Shown here: positions 62,896 through 64,000 of the stretch, piece by piece
Numbering within the stretch: position 1 is the first letter of the stretch
Layout: each line of letters begins with the position of its first letter
Assembly (NCBI GenBank): GCA_030141605.1
Contig: JAQGDQ010000556.1
Span: forward strand, 62,001 to 126,000
Length of the DNA stretch: 64,000 bases
Reading direction: 5' to 3'
Origin: Tubiluchus corallicola
Taxonomy: Eukaryota > Animalia > Priapulida
Position numbers and translations under genes: made by a program
Notes under the pieces: generated by a model
Seen by the model: the letters and a program-made list of their open reading frames with translations, nothing else
What the model was told of the DNA's origin: nothing
The model's database searches: none

Positions 62896-64000
62896 CTGGG
62901 CGCATCACAAGGCTTATATCTCGTGTGCCGAGCTTCGACGCCTCGATTCTGAATCACTTGCTCACGTGACACCACTCCTTAACTGGCTTCATACCAGCAT
63001 TCATCAACATAATTATCTATCATAATCTAACGCTTTTAACATAGTTTAACAGGTTCTCTTTACTGTCACTCATTCTGATAACGTGGATATTTCATGACTA
63101 AGTGCACGTTCATACAGTGCAGTAAACCCACCAACGTTACACATTCTCTGACGGGTTCAAAGAAAATCTTGAATTAGCGATAATTATGGAATCGTAGGAG
63201 AAGCAAACTGAATTTCCGGCGGGGAGGAGCGTAAAACATGGTAACGATATTATACCTTGTCTCACTCGTCTTTTTACACGTATTGATTAACACTGCTCCA
63301 ATACTGGAGATAAACGTGCTACAAACCGTGTATACGTATATAACTTTGACCAGAGAGTGTGCCCTGTGAGTTTTGCGTCCCTATCACTCAGCCTGTAAAA
63401 AGTCACAAATTGGGGGACCCCAAATTTTGCATTTTGGCCCCTCACTCGGGCGTTTAAAGCTTGTCAGTTTTTTAAAACCCCAGGTGCACGTCTGCCCCAC
63501 AGTACCAAAATATGGAAAAAAACGAAATTCCTAGGAGGAGTTGAATTATACTGGAGAAGGAAAAACTGACCAACGCCCACTGTCCTTTCCCCCTTGACTA
63601 GTGGTCAGCGATTGTTATACAATTGTACGTCCACCGCCTAGGGCTACCAACCCTGCGAGTTTGGTGACCCAAGCTTGCAAAACAGCGGAGTTATTAAGCG
63701 TTATTAAGTGGCAGAGAATGAATAATTAAATATCTCAATGAAAAACAGTAAGATTTTGCTATGGCAAAATTAACCATTATAATGAAAAAACCCTCGCTTT
63801 TATGTTAAATTTGAATTTAAACAGTTGCCCCATCAGCACTGCTTTGTTTATTCTCTAGAACGTTCGTTTAAGTTTGAAAATAATGGAAAATGGACTTCAT
63901 TAGCGATTGTTTCAAATGTTAAGAGAACAATTTCACTAATGCAGTGGTAAAGTTTAGTGAGGTAAGTCCAGAATGACCAAGAGAAAAGTATGTGGTATAG

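Overview
This is AT-rich, intron-containing animal genomic DNA, most likely from a lophotrochozoan invertebrate (inferred from the 5S-like sequence and the repeat landscape). Five spliced genes can be assembled by hand. (1) The last two coding exons of CtBP (+). (2) A 5'-incomplete DUF1647-type putative glycosyltransferase-like gene (+, 3 exons). (3) An orphan acidic, disordered 263-aa protein with possible lipid anchors at both ends (+). (4) A complete 11-coding-exon PNISR/SFRS18 splicing-factor gene (+, about 803 aa). (5) A GT11 alpha-1,2-fucosyltransferase (-, about 1299 aa) with a roughly 1000-aa low-complexity luminal stem. Introns and spacers hold many MITEs (hAT, Tc1/mariner, piggyBac, Kolobok-like), two copies of a bipartite RTE-derived element, a 5S-rRNA-derived SINE, LINE remnants and about ten minisatellites. 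The most intriguing signal is in PNISR introns, which carry sense-strand tandem arrays built from core splicing signals: about 35 CAG|GTAA donor motifs just behind a weak donor and an in-frame stop, and about 53 branch-point/STAR-motif units. These could form a repeat-encoded splicing-control system, but this genome is rich in intronic minisatellites, so chance is not excluded.
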